A stretch of 64,000 bases of DNA from Promethearchaeota archaeon. GTDB taxonomy: Archaea > Asgardarchaeota > Lokiarchaeia > Sigyniarchaeales > SOKP01. Shown here in pieces: positions 50,397 through 61,113 of this stretch (the stretch's first letter is position 1; the number at the start of each line of letters is the position of its first letter). Both the position numbers and the translations under genes were made by a program. The DNA is taken from positions 129,948 through 193,947 of the forward strand of contig JAEOTZ010000058.1 in assembly GCA_016839585.1 (NCBI GenBank), written 5' to 3'. The notes beneath the pieces were generated by a model. The model saw only the letters and a list, made by a program, of their open reading frames with translations. It did no database searches and was not told the origin of the DNA.

Positions 50397-51779
50397 TTAA
50401 AACAACTTTTTTTGTTCATATTTAGGGGGTATTTTAAAATACTCATTAATTGATCTCTTAATTAGTCCTTTTTGCTTTAACTCTCTCCTTAATTGGATTT
50501 TATTATTCCATTTAATATTATTTTGTTCATGGATTTTTGTCAAAGTATCAATATCTACATTATCATTTAAGTCTATGATTTGCTCAAAATGTTCTTTAGC
50601 TTTTCCTTGGAGTCCGATGAGATCTGTGAAGAGTTCATGACTAATCACTTTGATATTTTCATGATAGATTATGGACTGGTCTTTTGGGAGAGGTTTCAAA
50701 GGGTCATAAGGGTACCATCGAATACCAACAATATATAACATTATATCTGGGCGTTGATATTTAAAGTTTTTCCTAATAATATTGTTATCTGAAATATCAT
50801 TAGTAAAATCGAATTGAATGGCTTTGATATGGTCAAATTGGGTATTTAAAGATTTAGCAGGAATGTTATGGATGAGGAATGAGAGATCATTTGTATTGTT
50901 GAGATCTTTTAAGCGATTTTGAAGGAATTTTTGATCATTTAGTATTAATCCGTCACCACCTTTAGAATTATTTGGATAAATTTTTGGTTCAGCGAAAAAA
51001 GTTTCTTTATGATATTTTTGAAAATAAAGGGTCAATTCATCAAGAATGCAAAAATGTGTTAGAGTTCCTAAGAGTCTATAAATATCATTTGGAAATCGAT
51101 TTTCATAAGATTTATCCTCATCTTTAAATACATATTCTTTTGCATATTTCTTAACAGAACCGGCCGAGATATCATACTTATCTGCTATCTGAATCATATT
51201 TAAATTAGTATTTTTTATATCATTAATAATTGAATTACGTGTTTCATCTGATATTTTCTCTCGAGCGGGCCATTTTCTTTCATATTCTTCTTTAGTATTT
51301 TCTTTTTTAGCAATTCTCTCAATTGCATTTCTTGAAACACCCAATTTTTTGCTAATCCATCTTTGAGGGATAGGATAAAATTTTTTAACTTCTTCTTTAA
51401 TTTTTTCATATAATTCAATTGAAATAATTTCAGTAGGACTCGGAAATCTCTCGATTTTAGCATTTTCATTTTCAAGAACATGTTCACGGGCATAATCTCC
51501 GATAGCATGATGCGAGAGATAAATTCCTTTTTCCTTCAACTCATTTGAAATTGCTCTCATGGATAAATTGGAATTGATGGTCTTTTGCATTACATATTGG
51601 GGGATTTCACCATTTTCATTTACTCTTTTAGCGGCATTAATAAATTTTTTTCTTAGCTTAAAATTTTTTTCAATTTTACGGATCCAATTAATAAAAAGGG
51701 TGGTGATTTTAGCACCCCTGTTTGCATATTTTGTCTTCAGATTCTTTTTTTTATTATTATTTTTTGATATTTCATCCAT
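50397..51779 (-). CDS. Multi-HTH protein with putative PD-(D/E)XK-like C-terminal domain
   Basis: About 3 HTH-like units; AEPK...GDGLI...QFDFT. Confidence 0.55.
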   Translation of the reverse strand: MDEISKNNNKKKNLKTKYANRGAKITTLFINWIRKIEKNFKLRKKFINAAKRVNENGEIPQYVMQKTINSNLSMRAISNELKEKGIYLSHHAIGDYAREHVLENENAKIERFPSPTEIISIELYEKIKEEVKKFYPIPQRWISKKLGVSRNAIERIAKKENTKEEYERKWPAREKISDETRNSIINDIKNTNLNMIQIADKYDISAGSVKKYAKEYVFKDEDKSYENRFPNDIYRLLGTLTHFCILDELTLYFQKYHKETFFAEPKIYPNNSKGGDGLILNDQKFLQNRLKDLNNTNDLSFLIHNIPAKSLNTQFDHIKAIQFDFTNDISDNNIIRKNFKYQRPDIMLYIVGIRWYPYDPLKPLPKDQSIIYHENIKVISHELFTDLIGLQGKAKEHFEQIIDLNDNVDIDTLTKIHEQNNIKWNNKIQLRRELKQKGLIKRSINEYFKIPPKYEQKKLF

Positions 51780-51798
51780 CTCCTTATTTATTATAATA

Positions 51799-52767
51799 TT
51801 AACTATAAAACCTCTTAAAAACGCGACAGACTTCCAAATCGAACCAATAAGAGTTGTCAGGATCGTTTTTCATCATCATAAAGTGTAAACCCCAGCGACC
51901 GTTTGATTGTTACTCATCTATAAAGTATTGAAGTCCTTTGTTAATCTTAGGTTCATCTCTAGAAAATCCAAGCTTTGAAACAGTATCCAAAGCTGATAAA
52001 AGGTCAGTCCAAAAAAATGGAATGTAAAATTTGAACCAATAACTTTTATCTTGTCGTGAGCTATATTTATCTCTTTGAAAAAATCGGGAAATTAGAAGAT
52101 TTCCGGCCTCTCTTGCCTCATTACAATTTTTGTATTTGGGATGAGCAGCAAACGCTCGCAGCACCATTCCAGTTAACCAATGCGAGGAAGGTTTCGTTTT
52201 ATCAGGGGATATTGGCGCGGGTAAGGCGTAAACCTCTTGCCAAGTGCAGGGTTTTGTTAACATAGGCAGCCCCCAACCGCCATCCGTGTGTCTCATCGAG
52301 AGAAACCATTGAAAGCCCTTCTCTATTCTTGGATCGTCATGGAACTCTGCCTTATTTAAAAGTTCCAGTAAAGCACCCATGTAATTAGGCATATACTGAT
52401 TGCTGTAAATACCTCTAATATCACCTTCCTCTGTTTGACATCTAAAGATAAACTCGGCGGCTTTTCTCGTACACTTATGTTTTTTATTTAAGCTGTATTT
52501 AGGTACAAGTTCTCTCAGACTTTTAAAAACCGCCCACAAATGTCTATTTTCGTTGTACTGGCTAGGTTTTCCCGTTGGTTTCCACGATCCATCGGTTAAT
52601 TGCTTCCGTATTATTTTTTGTGCATATGGTTCTTCCCAAATTGTTTTGATTGGTTCAACTTCCTCTTCTAAAAGGTCTCGCTTTACGAAATATTGAATTG
52701 CTTTATTTTTTGTGCTAGATAGACTCGATAAAGGATCGTATTTTAACTTTTTTAACCAATTATTCAT
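51799..52767 (-). pseudogene. Prenyltransferase/squalene-cyclase-repeat protein interrupted by TAA
   Basis: QW-like repeats (QLTDGSW, RHTDGGW); TAA at 51910-51912 followed in frame by QSNGRW...CRVFKRFYS*. Confidence 0.7.
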
Positions 52768-53143
52768 ATTATATTAAAACCTCATTTAATTTATGGTTCT
52801 ATATATTATTGTCACAGGAATGAAATGCTTGGAATTTACTTTCTAGATGTCCAAATTTCTTTCTAGATTTTAATAATTTATTAAAATATCCTATAATATT
52901 ATTATTTTTTGACAAAAATAGAAACCATCCAATAGATATAAATACTCAATTTTGAATAATAACCTACAAATTCCAATCCCTATTTAAATTAATTTGTAGT
53001 ATGACAAAACGACCAAAATTAAAAATTGTTTTATTATTAATTGTTGTATTATTTTTCTCAGTTTTCCATTAACTTTCTAATCTAATCATTCATAAAAGCT
53101 AAAAAAAAAAATAATTATTAAGGATTTTAATACTCTTTATCTA

Positions 53144-54169
53144 TTATTTTGTATGATTATATCTTTTCTTCTTTAGTGCCGAATAAACGGTAGCTATTAT
53201 TAAAACAAATAATGAACTAACAAGGATTCCAATGTTATATCCTGCAATTACTTCCCCATTTCCCCTTTCTTCTGGGCATTTCATTAAGGGATAGTTGTCT
53301 TGGCTTCCTGCAGAACCAGGAATATCATAAGGGATATCACCAATTCCATCGTTGTCTCCATCCGTCCCAATATAATCATGCCAATAATTTCCTTTATCTC
53401 CATTATCCCAATTATTAGTAGTACCATCATCTACAGCATTAGAAGTATTATTAAGACAATTTAGATATACCTCATTATTAGCAGTACCAGGATCCAATTC
53501 GATTCCATAGTTAGTATTATTACTGATAAGATTATTTGAAATAACGTTATTCACACAGCCAGATCGCAAAGATATTCCAGTATCTAGGTTGTTTGACACA
53601 ATGTTATTCGAAATGGTATTAAAACGAGTTAAACCCATCGAACCTTCTAATAATATTCCATATACTAAACCATATGAAGCTATATTATTGGAAATAGTAT
53701 TATAACTTGAATTTCGCATATATATTAATGCTCCTGTAGGGGGTGCCATGCTATTTCCTGTTATCTTACCATTAGTAACATTCCTTAAAAAAATCCCTGC
53801 ATAACTGCTATGTCCTATATAAAGACAATTTTCTATTTCGAAATACTTTCGAGAATTTTCAATTACTAAAGGGGTCGTAGAAAAAGCAGAAGTATTGAAT
53901 ATATGATTTTTAATAACATATGGACTACCTGATGTTCCAGATCCAGTACAATATCCTTGATCTTTTGCCCAACTCCAATTTGTAAGACTCCCAGGAAGGT
54001 CGTCTATCGATATTGGATCAGTATATATTGTAGAAATTTGTGGGCTATTGTTTCTAGAGAATTCTTCAGATCTATGATTTGAAATCATTGACATGCTGAA
54101 ATATATGGGAAATATAAACAAACTCAGCAATAAAAAACAAAATATAAATCTTTTTGCATTTAATTTCAT
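53144..54169 (-). CDS. Secreted NosD-like right-handed beta-helix protein with Loki-CTERM-like anchor
   Basis: Signal peptide; NxISNN repeats; GNYWHDY; C-terminal IAGY-TM-KKKR. Confidence 0.8.
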   Translation of the reverse strand: MKLNAKRFIFCFLLLSLFIFPIYFSMSMISNHRSEEFSRNNSPQISTIYTDPISIDDLPGSLTNWSWAKDQGYCTGSGTSGSPYVIKNHIFNTSAFSTTPLVIENSRKYFEIENCLYIGHSSYAGIFLRNVTNGKITGNSMAPPTGALIYMRNSSYNTISNNIASYGLVYGILLEGSMGLTRFNTISNNIVSNNLDTGISLRSGCVNNVISNNLISNNTNYGIELDPGTANNEVYLNCLNNTSNAVDDGTTNNWDNGDKGNYWHDYIGTDGDNDGIGDIPYDIPGSAGSQDNYPLMKCPEERGNGEVIAGYNIGILVSSLFVLIIATVYSALKKKRYNHTK

Positions 54170-54366
54170 ATTCTTAACCCATTTAAATTTTAAATTATAT
54201 TTGGATTAAAGTTAAATTAAGCATTCTTACTTATTAATAATTACTAATTTTTCATTAAAGATGAATGAGATTTTTCTATAAGTCCAATACTTAAATTATA
54301 AAGAAAAGATATGCTATATAGATCATAAATATATTTAATATCCAAAAAAGTAAATTCTTAAAGAAA

Positions 54367-54720
54367 ATGTCAAGTCTCGCAGAAATTTTAAAAAGAAAAG
54401 CAGAAAGAAAGAAAAAATTACAACAATCTTTAGAATCGTTAATTAATCAATTGAAAAGTTTAGGTGCACTAAAGATTATACTTTTTGGTTCACTTGCAAG
54501 AGATAAAATAGATATAAACAGTGATCTTGATGTATTCGTGCTAATGCCATCAAATAAGAGCGGAAAAGAATGGATGGATATAATTTACGAAAAGCTCGAA
54601 ATAGGAGTTGCAGTGGATATAATAGCATATAATCTGGAAGAATTTAAAAAAAAACTACCTTTAAGTTCTTTTTTGGATAATATTATTAATTCAGGAAGAA
54701 TGCTATATGAAAAAACCTGA
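54367..54720 (+). CDS. MNT minimal nucleotidyltransferase (antitoxin)
   Basis: LFGSLAR...SDLD motif. Confidence 0.9.
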   Translation: MSSLAEILKRKAERKKKLQQSLESLINQLKSLGALKIILFGSLARDKIDINSDLDVFVLMPSNKSGKEWMDIIYEKLEIGVAVDIIAYNLEEFKKKLPLSSFLDNIINSGRMLYEKT

Positions 54721-55123
54721 AAAAGAAGAAGCATTACGATGGCTAATCCATGCACAGGATGAATTTAACGATGCAGATGAGTTAAGGAAAAGAAACCGGT
54801 TTTATCTTGCATTATTTCATTTTCAACAGGCTGCTGAAAAAGCCCTTAAGGCACTTCTCTATTTAAAAGTGAAATCCATTGAAATTTTTTATACACATTC
54901 TATTCATGAATTATTAGGTATGATGATTGAAATAGATCCTGAATTTAAGAACGTTCTCTTAAGTAAAAAATTGGATCAGTATTATATTCCAACAAGATAT
55001 CCAAATGGTCTCCCTGGTGGAATACCTTCCAGATATTTCGACGACCCTAAAGAAGCGGAGGAGGCAATGAGACTTGCGAAAAATATTATTGAATTAGTGG
55101 ATAAGAAAATTAACCAAGATTAA
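54707..55123 (+). CDS. HEPN-domain protein (partner of MNT)
   Basis: QQAAEKALKA, THS and RYP motifs; overlaps the MNT gene. Confidence 0.9.
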   Translation: MKKPEKEEALRWLIHAQDEFNDADELRKRNRFYLALFHFQQAAEKALKALLYLKVKSIEIFYTHSIHELLGMMIEIDPEFKNVLLSKKLDQYYIPTRYPNGLPGGIPSRYFDDPKEAEEAMRLAKNIIELVDKKINQD

Positions 55124-55353
55124 AAAGTTTTTAAATTAATTTAAATATAAAAACTTTCCAAAAAAATAAAGCTTTTTAACCTATTTCTTTTAATGTAATA
55201 TTTAAATTTCCTTTTTTCTTTTTTTTCTCAAGCAGTATACCCTTGATTAATTTATAAATTGATTAAATCAATTAAATACAAATTAAGAAAATTATAAATT
55301 TAATGTGAGAATTTTTTTACTTACTTAATATTATTTAATGTGAGGAAATTTAA

Positions 55354-56904
55354 ATGAATCTTAGAGAATTAGTCGAAAATCAGGCAGAAAAATATAAAGA
55401 CAAACCATTTTTATATTGGCAAGATGAAACAGTTTCTTATTCCCAAATAAATGAACTTACAAACAAAGTAGCGAATTTTCTATATGATTTGGGAATTAGA
55501 AAAGGAGATAAAGTTAGTGTTTACTTGCCGAATATGCCACAATATGTGTATTTATATTTAGGAATTCCTAAAATAGGTGCTGTTACTGGTCCTGTTAATG
55601 CATTATTTAAACCACGTGAAGTGAAATTTGTTGTGGGTCATTCAGAAGCTAAAGCTATAGTTACGATACCAAAATTCATACCATTAGTTAATGAAATTAA
55701 AAAAGATCTTCCGAATCTAAAACATGTGATTGTAATTGGAGAACCTGTTGAAGGAACTTTGAATTTTACGGAATTGATGAATAAAGCATCAACAGATGCT
55801 CCCCATGAGGTTGATATCGATGAAAAAGAAGACCCTGCTGCTATCCTTTATACATCAGGAACAACCGGGTTTCCAAAAGGCGTATTACAAACTCACTTTA
55901 ATATCAGGAGAAACGCAGAAATGATAAAAGATTTCTTAAAAGCAGGGGAAGATTATCGATTCATGCTAATTTTACCATTATTCCATGTTAATGCTCAAAT
56001 TGTCACAATTATGGGACCCTTTACAATTGGAGCTAGTTGTATTCTAACACCTGGATTTTCAGCTCAAACCCATTGGGAAACTGTAGCGAAATATAAGGCT
56101 TCTACTTTCAGTTGTGTTCCGACAGTGCTTTCTATCTTGCTTAGAATGCCTCATGAAAATCTAGATCTTTCTTCCTTAAAATTTATTATTTGTGGAGCTG
56201 CTCCTTTGCCTGTGGAAGTATTTAGAGAATTTGAGAAAACATTTAATTGCAAAATTGTAGAAGGTTACGGACTTACGGAAGGTACATGTGCTTCTTCAGT
56301 AAATCCACTTCCTACAGAAACCGAAGATAGGCGAAAAATAGGAAGTATTGGTATACCATTACCGGGTAATGAAATGAAGATTGTAGATAACGATGGTAAT
56401 GATGTTCCTCCAAATTCTAAAGGTGAAATTATTGTTAAAGGAGATAATATCATGAAAGAATATTTCAAAAACCCAGAAGCTAATGCTGAAACCCTTAAAG
56501 GTGTTTGGTTATATACTGGAGACATTGGTTATATGGATGATGATGGTTTTTTTTACATTACAGATCGAAAGAAAGATATGATCATCCGAGGTGGAGAAAA
56601 CATTTATCCTCGAGAGATAGAAGAAGTACTTTATTCACATCCAGATGTCTCATTAGCAACAGTTATTGGAGTACGGGATAAGATCTATGGAGAACTTCCT
56701 AAAGCATTTGTAGTATTGAAAGAAGGCAAATCTGTATCTGATGAAGAAATTATAGGATATTGCAAAAAGAACCTAGCTGATTTTAAAGTTCCTAAATATG
56801 TGGAATTTAGAGATGATCTACCTAAAACGCCTACTGGTAAAATAATGAAACAACCACTACGCGAAGAAGAAGAAACAAAAACAGGTAAAATATTTAATCC
56901 TTAA
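55354..56904 (+). CDS. Long-chain fatty acid-CoA ligase
   Basis: YTSGTTGFPKG, EGYGLTE, TGDIG and PKTPTGK motifs. Confidence 0.92.
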   Translation: MNLRELVENQAEKYKDKPFLYWQDETVSYSQINELTNKVANFLYDLGIRKGDKVSVYLPNMPQYVYLYLGIPKIGAVTGPVNALFKPREVKFVVGHSEAKAIVTIPKFIPLVNEIKKDLPNLKHVIVIGEPVEGTLNFTELMNKASTDAPHEVDIDEKEDPAAILYTSGTTGFPKGVLQTHFNIRRNAEMIKDFLKAGEDYRFMLILPLFHVNAQIVTIMGPFTIGASCILTPGFSAQTHWETVAKYKASTFSCVPTVLSILLRMPHENLDLSSLKFIICGAAPLPVEVFREFEKTFNCKIVEGYGLTEGTCASSVNPLPTETEDRRKIGSIGIPLPGNEMKIVDNDGNDVPPNSKGEIIVKGDNIMKEYFKNPEANAETLKGVWLYTGDIGYMDDDGFFYITDRKKDMIIRGGENIYPREIEEVLYSHPDVSLATVIGVRDKIYGELPKAFVVLKEGKSVSDEEIIGYCKKNLADFKVPKYVEFRDDLPKTPTGKIMKQPLREEEETKTGKIFNP

Positions 56905-56967
56905 TTTTTTTTTATTTTAATGAGTATTTTTAGAAAGAAGATAGGAATAAAATGTTTTAAGTTAACT

Positions 56968-57102
56968 TTAACTTACTTCCTCTATTAGAATATCTTTTAT
57001 TATTAGTTTTTCGTTAAAATCCACTTCCCCATGTTTTTGAACGATTTCCTTACCAAAAAGATCTTCTCTATAAGGATTTTTTTTAACTTTTTCTAGGGTC
57101 AT
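56968..57102 (-). CDS. Possible 44-aa small protein
   Basis: MTLEKVKKNPYREDLFGKEIVQKHGEVDFNEKLIIKDILIEEVS*; codon-like composition in an AT-rich gap. Confidence 0.35.
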   Translation of the reverse strand: MTLEKVKKNPYREDLFGKEIVQKHGEVDFNEKLIIKDILIEEVS

Positions 57103-57219
57103 TAAAATTTATAGATAAAATATTAACTAAATAGGTAGCTATTAGAATTTGTAAAATATTTACTAAATTTCTTTATAATTAATAATGATTGAATTAATTT
57201 TTTTTATTTTAAATAAAAT

Positions 57220-58899
57220 TCAATAAATTTTTCTAAGGTGTTCTTTATCTATTGATATAGTTAAGGAATCATAAAATATTGAGCTGTATTTCTGGTAAAA
57301 ATCTTCCTTCCTAGAGAGAATTAATTTTTTAGCTTCCTTTTTCTCAATTTTCCCTTCTGTCCAAAAGATCAAGCCGTTTGATTCTAAATCGATATTCTCT
57401 TCCTTTTTAATTATTTTGCCTGCTTTAATAACATACTCAATATTTGAAAAAGCAGTTTTTAATGTTTCAAAATCCTTTTCTAAATTAATGTCTCTAATAT
57501 CAATATCCAAAATATTAATATCCGCATCAGCTCCAACACCCAGATTTCCTTTTATACTTCCTAATCCAAGTGATTTTGCTGGACTTGCGCGAGTCAATAT
57601 TACAAGTTCATTGAATGTAAGACATTTATCACTATTTTGTAACTTATTGTTTTTCAGAAATTCTTTATTCATCTCTTTCATAAAATTAGCTCGCGCATTT
57701 TTACTTATCAACCAAGTAGCGATTTCAGGTATATTATTAATATTACTATAATTTGGATAATTTAGGGATAAACTGATTTGAAATTTATTTCTAATATTTA
57801 ATGCTAAATCTATAGCATTTGCCCATAAAATACAATCATTATAATTTTCTTTTTTGAATTTTCTCATTGATACAAATGAATCCCCTTCAGATTCTATAGC
57901 AGAACTTACTAATTTATAAGGATTTTGTAGAAAATCAGGGTTTAACCTTGAATTTATTAACCTTCTATCTGAAGTAATCAATGGATTGATCTCATCGAAG
58001 CCTATAAAGCCTAAATCGATATCAAAAGTTTTATTTTCATTTAAGAATTTTATTAATCTTTCATTGTTCCCATCATGAATGTAGACATTAGCATGAGCGA
58101 TATGAAACAATTGGTCTCTCTTGATATCCAAACTTATTTTTGGATTTGGCTTTAAATCTAAACTTTTTATTGTCTCTAAAATTGTAAAAAGATTTTTTTC
58201 TCCAATTTCATTTTCATATCCTTCAATATGACAATGAGTAGAGTGTGGTAAACCTAAATATTCAACAGCTTTAGTTATATTTTCATAAACGTCCAAAGCA
58301 TTAAAATTATATAATCTACCTGGACTTGTAATGTCATCTCTTAACTCTTTAAAATTCCATGCCTCAGATTCAAATGGATTATATACTTTAAATCCAAATC
58401 CATAAGTTTTTGATAAAAGATCAGAAAGAAATATTGCCATATCTTCAATCTTAGCCCTTTGAAATTCTAATTCTAGAGCCCATAAATTACTCACATTCAA
58501 AAGCATACCTTTATCAATAACAGGAATTTGCTTAAAGTTAAATAATGTCTGTTTAGCTATGGAAGGGAATACATTTGCTTCAAGAATAAAAGTGTAACCA
58601 TTTGAAATGTAATTTATTGCGATATTTTTAAGCGTTAAACCTTCCCAGATTTCGGTAAATAACTTATTTTTCATCCCTAATAATCTAGCCCAGTTAACTT
58701 GTTGAGAAGCTACATGAGTATGTATATCGAGGCCAGAAGGAATTACGGTTTTACCTTTGGCATCAATTTCTTTAACATCTTTTGGATTAGAAAATTTTTC
58801 TACAAATTTTCCTTGTTCAATTAGAATATCTTTAATTTCACCTTTAATCGAGTTTATGGGGTCATATATTAGTCCATTCTTTATAATCAGTTTTTCCAT
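57220..58899 (-). CDS. fwdA: Formylmethanofuran dehydrogenase subunit A-like amidohydrolase (divergent)
   Basis: DIHTHVAS, FKVYNP, LPHSTHCH, TRASPAKSLGL and GADADI motifs. Confidence 0.82.
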   Translation of the reverse strand: MEKLIIKNGLIYDPINSIKGEIKDILIEQGKFVEKFSNPKDVKEIDAKGKTVIPSGLDIHTHVASQQVNWARLLGMKNKLFTEIWEGLTLKNIAINYISNGYTFILEANVFPSIAKQTLFNFKQIPVIDKGMLLNVSNLWALELEFQRAKIEDMAIFLSDLLSKTYGFGFKVYNPFESEAWNFKELRDDITSPGRLYNFNALDVYENITKAVEYLGLPHSTHCHIEGYENEIGEKNLFTILETIKSLDLKPNPKISLDIKRDQLFHIAHANVYIHDGNNERLIKFLNENKTFDIDLGFIGFDEINPLITSDRRLINSRLNPDFLQNPYKLVSSAIESEGDSFVSMRKFKKENYNDCILWANAIDLALNIRNKFQISLSLNYPNYSNINNIPEIATWLISKNARANFMKEMNKEFLKNNKLQNSDKCLTFNELVILTRASPAKSLGLGSIKGNLGVGADADINILDIDIRDINLEKDFETLKTAFSNIEYVIKAGKIIKKEENIDLESNGLIFWTEGKIEKKEAKKLILSRKEDFYQKYSSIFYDSLTISIDKEHLRKIY

Positions 58900-58923
58900 T
58901 CTATCTTAACACTTGTGTTTTTT

Positions 58924-59304
58924 TTATTTAATTGAATTCAGTAAATTCTCAAAAGATAAAACAATATCCCTGGTAGCTTCCACATTTACCTTAATATTCT
59001 TAAAAATTAATTCATTATTTTCAATTCCAGTAATTTGGTTAGCCCAAATTGAAACTGGCATAATGATTGTACCTTGGGGTATATCTTTATCTTGTTTAAC
59101 CTTAATAATAACTTCTCCAAACTTGCTAGTTACTTTTAAATTTAAGCTTGGACTTAAATTCAATTTTTTGAAATCTTCAGGATTTACTATTCCTAAGGCT
59201 AAATTCTCTTTTAATGTTTCATTATTACCAACAGAATATTCTCTAACTTGATCATAATCAACCATTCTAACTGTATTAACTAGCATTTCCAATTTAATCA
59301 CCAA
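58924..59304 (-). CDS. fwdD: FwdD-like molybdopterin dinucleotide-binding protein
   Basis: NPEDFKKL, VTSKFGEV and MPVSIWAN motifs. Confidence 0.8.
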   Translation of the reverse strand: MVIKLEMLVNTVRMVDYDQVREYSVGNNETLKENLALGIVNPEDFKKLNLSPSLNLKVTSKFGEVIIKVKQDKDIPQGTIIMPVSIWANQITGIENNELIFKNIKVNVEATRDIVLSFENLLNSIK

Positions 59305-59307
59305 ATT

Positions 59308-60606
59308 TTATTTAAGTTTAAATTTTTCTATAATTTGGTTGAGAATCTCTTCATCTGAAAAAATATTACTTGGTGGGTTTACAATTTTTTTTAATTCGAT
59401 GGGTACATGATCTAATCTAAATGCTAAACCTTCACTTTCAATCCCAGTTATAGTTGAAGGTAAAACTACATCTGCTATGCGTAATGTAGCAGATTTTTTA
59501 TTATCTACTAGGATTAAAGGTTTTTTAGCCAACTTTTTACTTAATTCCTGTGGTAAATGAGAGATAGGGTCAGTCCCTACTATTATTGAACAATCAAAAT
59601 CTTCTCTCTCTATTTTTGAAACAATAGTATCATCAGTATCAATCAATTGATTATTTGAAAATTGTAAACTATGGTTTTTTCCATAATTTGATAAAGCTAC
59701 ATGGTCAAAACCAAGCATATTATAATGTCCTCCAATTAGTATGACAGAAATGCGTCCTTTTTGTTGTTTTACGTTAATCATTTGAACTAATTCGAGTAAT
59801 TCTCTTATTACACTTTTTTTTGATTGAGTCTTTAAAAGACCTTGTCCGATAAATATAATCCCGTTTTCAGCGCCAGTTAAATGAAGTAATAGTCTTTTAA
59901 GATCGTCATTATCAATTCCAGCAACACCTTCTGAAGCTATACTTCCCGGATTGCAACACTCTTCTTTTAAGACTTTAATAAGATTAATATCTTCTCCTGG
60001 GTTAATTTGAAGTGCGATATCACGCACTCCCATAACACCAAAAGAGGCAGTCTTAACGGGATCTATTATAACAAGAGTTTTTATTTCACGCCCTGTCATT
60101 CGAAATTTTCCTCGAGAGAATAAGGTTTTATTAAATAATCGAGGAATAGATTCAGCTGCATTTGCACCCCAAACAATTAATAGATCAGCTTTATTTATGG
60201 CTTCAGATATTGTTGTAAGTGTTAATCCGGTCTCTTTAGCCATATTTAATACTTTCCCTTGGCAGATTGTTGAATTTGAATCAATAAATCCATTTAATAA
60301 ATTTGCTAACTCTAATCCTTTTAATTGAGCCTCACAACTTACAGTCGAGAAACCATATAATAAAGGTTTATTTGAATTTTTAAGAAGTTTAGTTACTTTT
60401 TTAAATGCTTCATCCCAAGAACTTTTTTTCAAATCAGAATCATCACGAATCATTGGAGTAACAATTCGATTTTTAGCAGTTACTTGGTCAAATCGTTCCT
60501 TTCCCTTTAAACAAGCGCCAATAACTTCATCAATAAATATACCATCGCTCCTCACAATAATGTCATCACATAGCAAAGAACATCCTGAGCAAGGAATCTT
60601 TCTCAT
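59308..60606 (-). CDS. fwdB: FwdB-like subunit (divergent)
   Basis: CSGCSLLCDD, WGAN, GHYN and GIESEGLAFRLD motifs. Confidence 0.82.
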   Translation of the reverse strand: MRKIPCSGCSLLCDDIIVRSDGIFIDEVIGACLKGKERFDQVTAKNRIVTPMIRDDSDLKKSSWDEAFKKVTKLLKNSNKPLLYGFSTVSCEAQLKGLELANLLNGFIDSNSTICQGKVLNMAKETGLTLTTISEAINKADLLIVWGANAAESIPRLFNKTLFSRGKFRMTGREIKTLVIIDPVKTASFGVMGVRDIALQINPGEDINLIKVLKEECCNPGSIASEGVAGIDNDDLKRLLLHLTGAENGIIFIGQGLLKTQSKKSVIRELLELVQMINVKQQKGRISVILIGGHYNMLGFDHVALSNYGKNHSLQFSNNQLIDTDDTIVSKIEREDFDCSIIVGTDPISHLPQELSKKLAKKPLILVDNKKSATLRIADVVLPSTITGIESEGLAFRLDHVPIELKKIVNPPSNIFSDEEILNQIIEKFKLK

Positions 60607-60645
60607 TTATTAATTCACCCTTAAAAACATAATATAAAATTAATG

Positions 60646-61113
60646 TTATACATATTCTATTTTTACAGCTTCCCGTGGACAGTAAGTTTCACATACACGA
60701 CATTCTCGCTCTCTTCCTTCTGACTCTAACCTTCGGCAGTGTTCTAAATTTAATAATTCACATTTACCTCCTTTTACTTGAAATAGTTGATGTTTTTCTG
60801 GAGGATAATCTGGGGCTTTCCCACTTAGGGTTGGAGGACAATATCTCGCATTAACAGGACAGACAGTAACACAAATTCCACAGCCATCACACAAATCAGT
60901 GTCAACATTTATTTTAAGCTCTTTAATTATGCCCTCCTCAGCGCCTAATAATTCCTTTAAAGTTTCATACTGTTTTTTATATTTTGGCTCTAATAGTGGT
61001 GTACAATCATCAACTTTCACTTTTCCCTGCAATAAATCTAAAGCAAATGCCATACAGGTTGGTTTACCACATTCCTTACAGTTAGTTTTAGGCAGATACT
61101 TATATAATTCCAT
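60646..61113 (-). CDS. Fe-S protein (LPxxNC Fe-S domain plus ferredoxin; FwdG-like)
   Basis: LPKTNCKECGKPTCMAFA; CDGCGICVTVCP; CRVCETYCP. Confidence 0.8.
   Translation of the reverse strand: MELYKYLPKTNCKECGKPTCMAFALDLLQGKVKVDDCTPLLEPKYKKQYETLKELLGAEEGIIKELKINVDTDLCDGCGICVTVCPVNARYCPPTLSGKAPDYPPEKHQLFQVKGGKCELLNLEHCRRLESEGRERECRVCETYCPREAVKIEYV

Noticed and set aside
51910-51912. Recoded stop (Sec/Pyl) in the prenyltransferase-like gene
   Set aside because: The codon is TAA at a Gln position, not TGA or TAG
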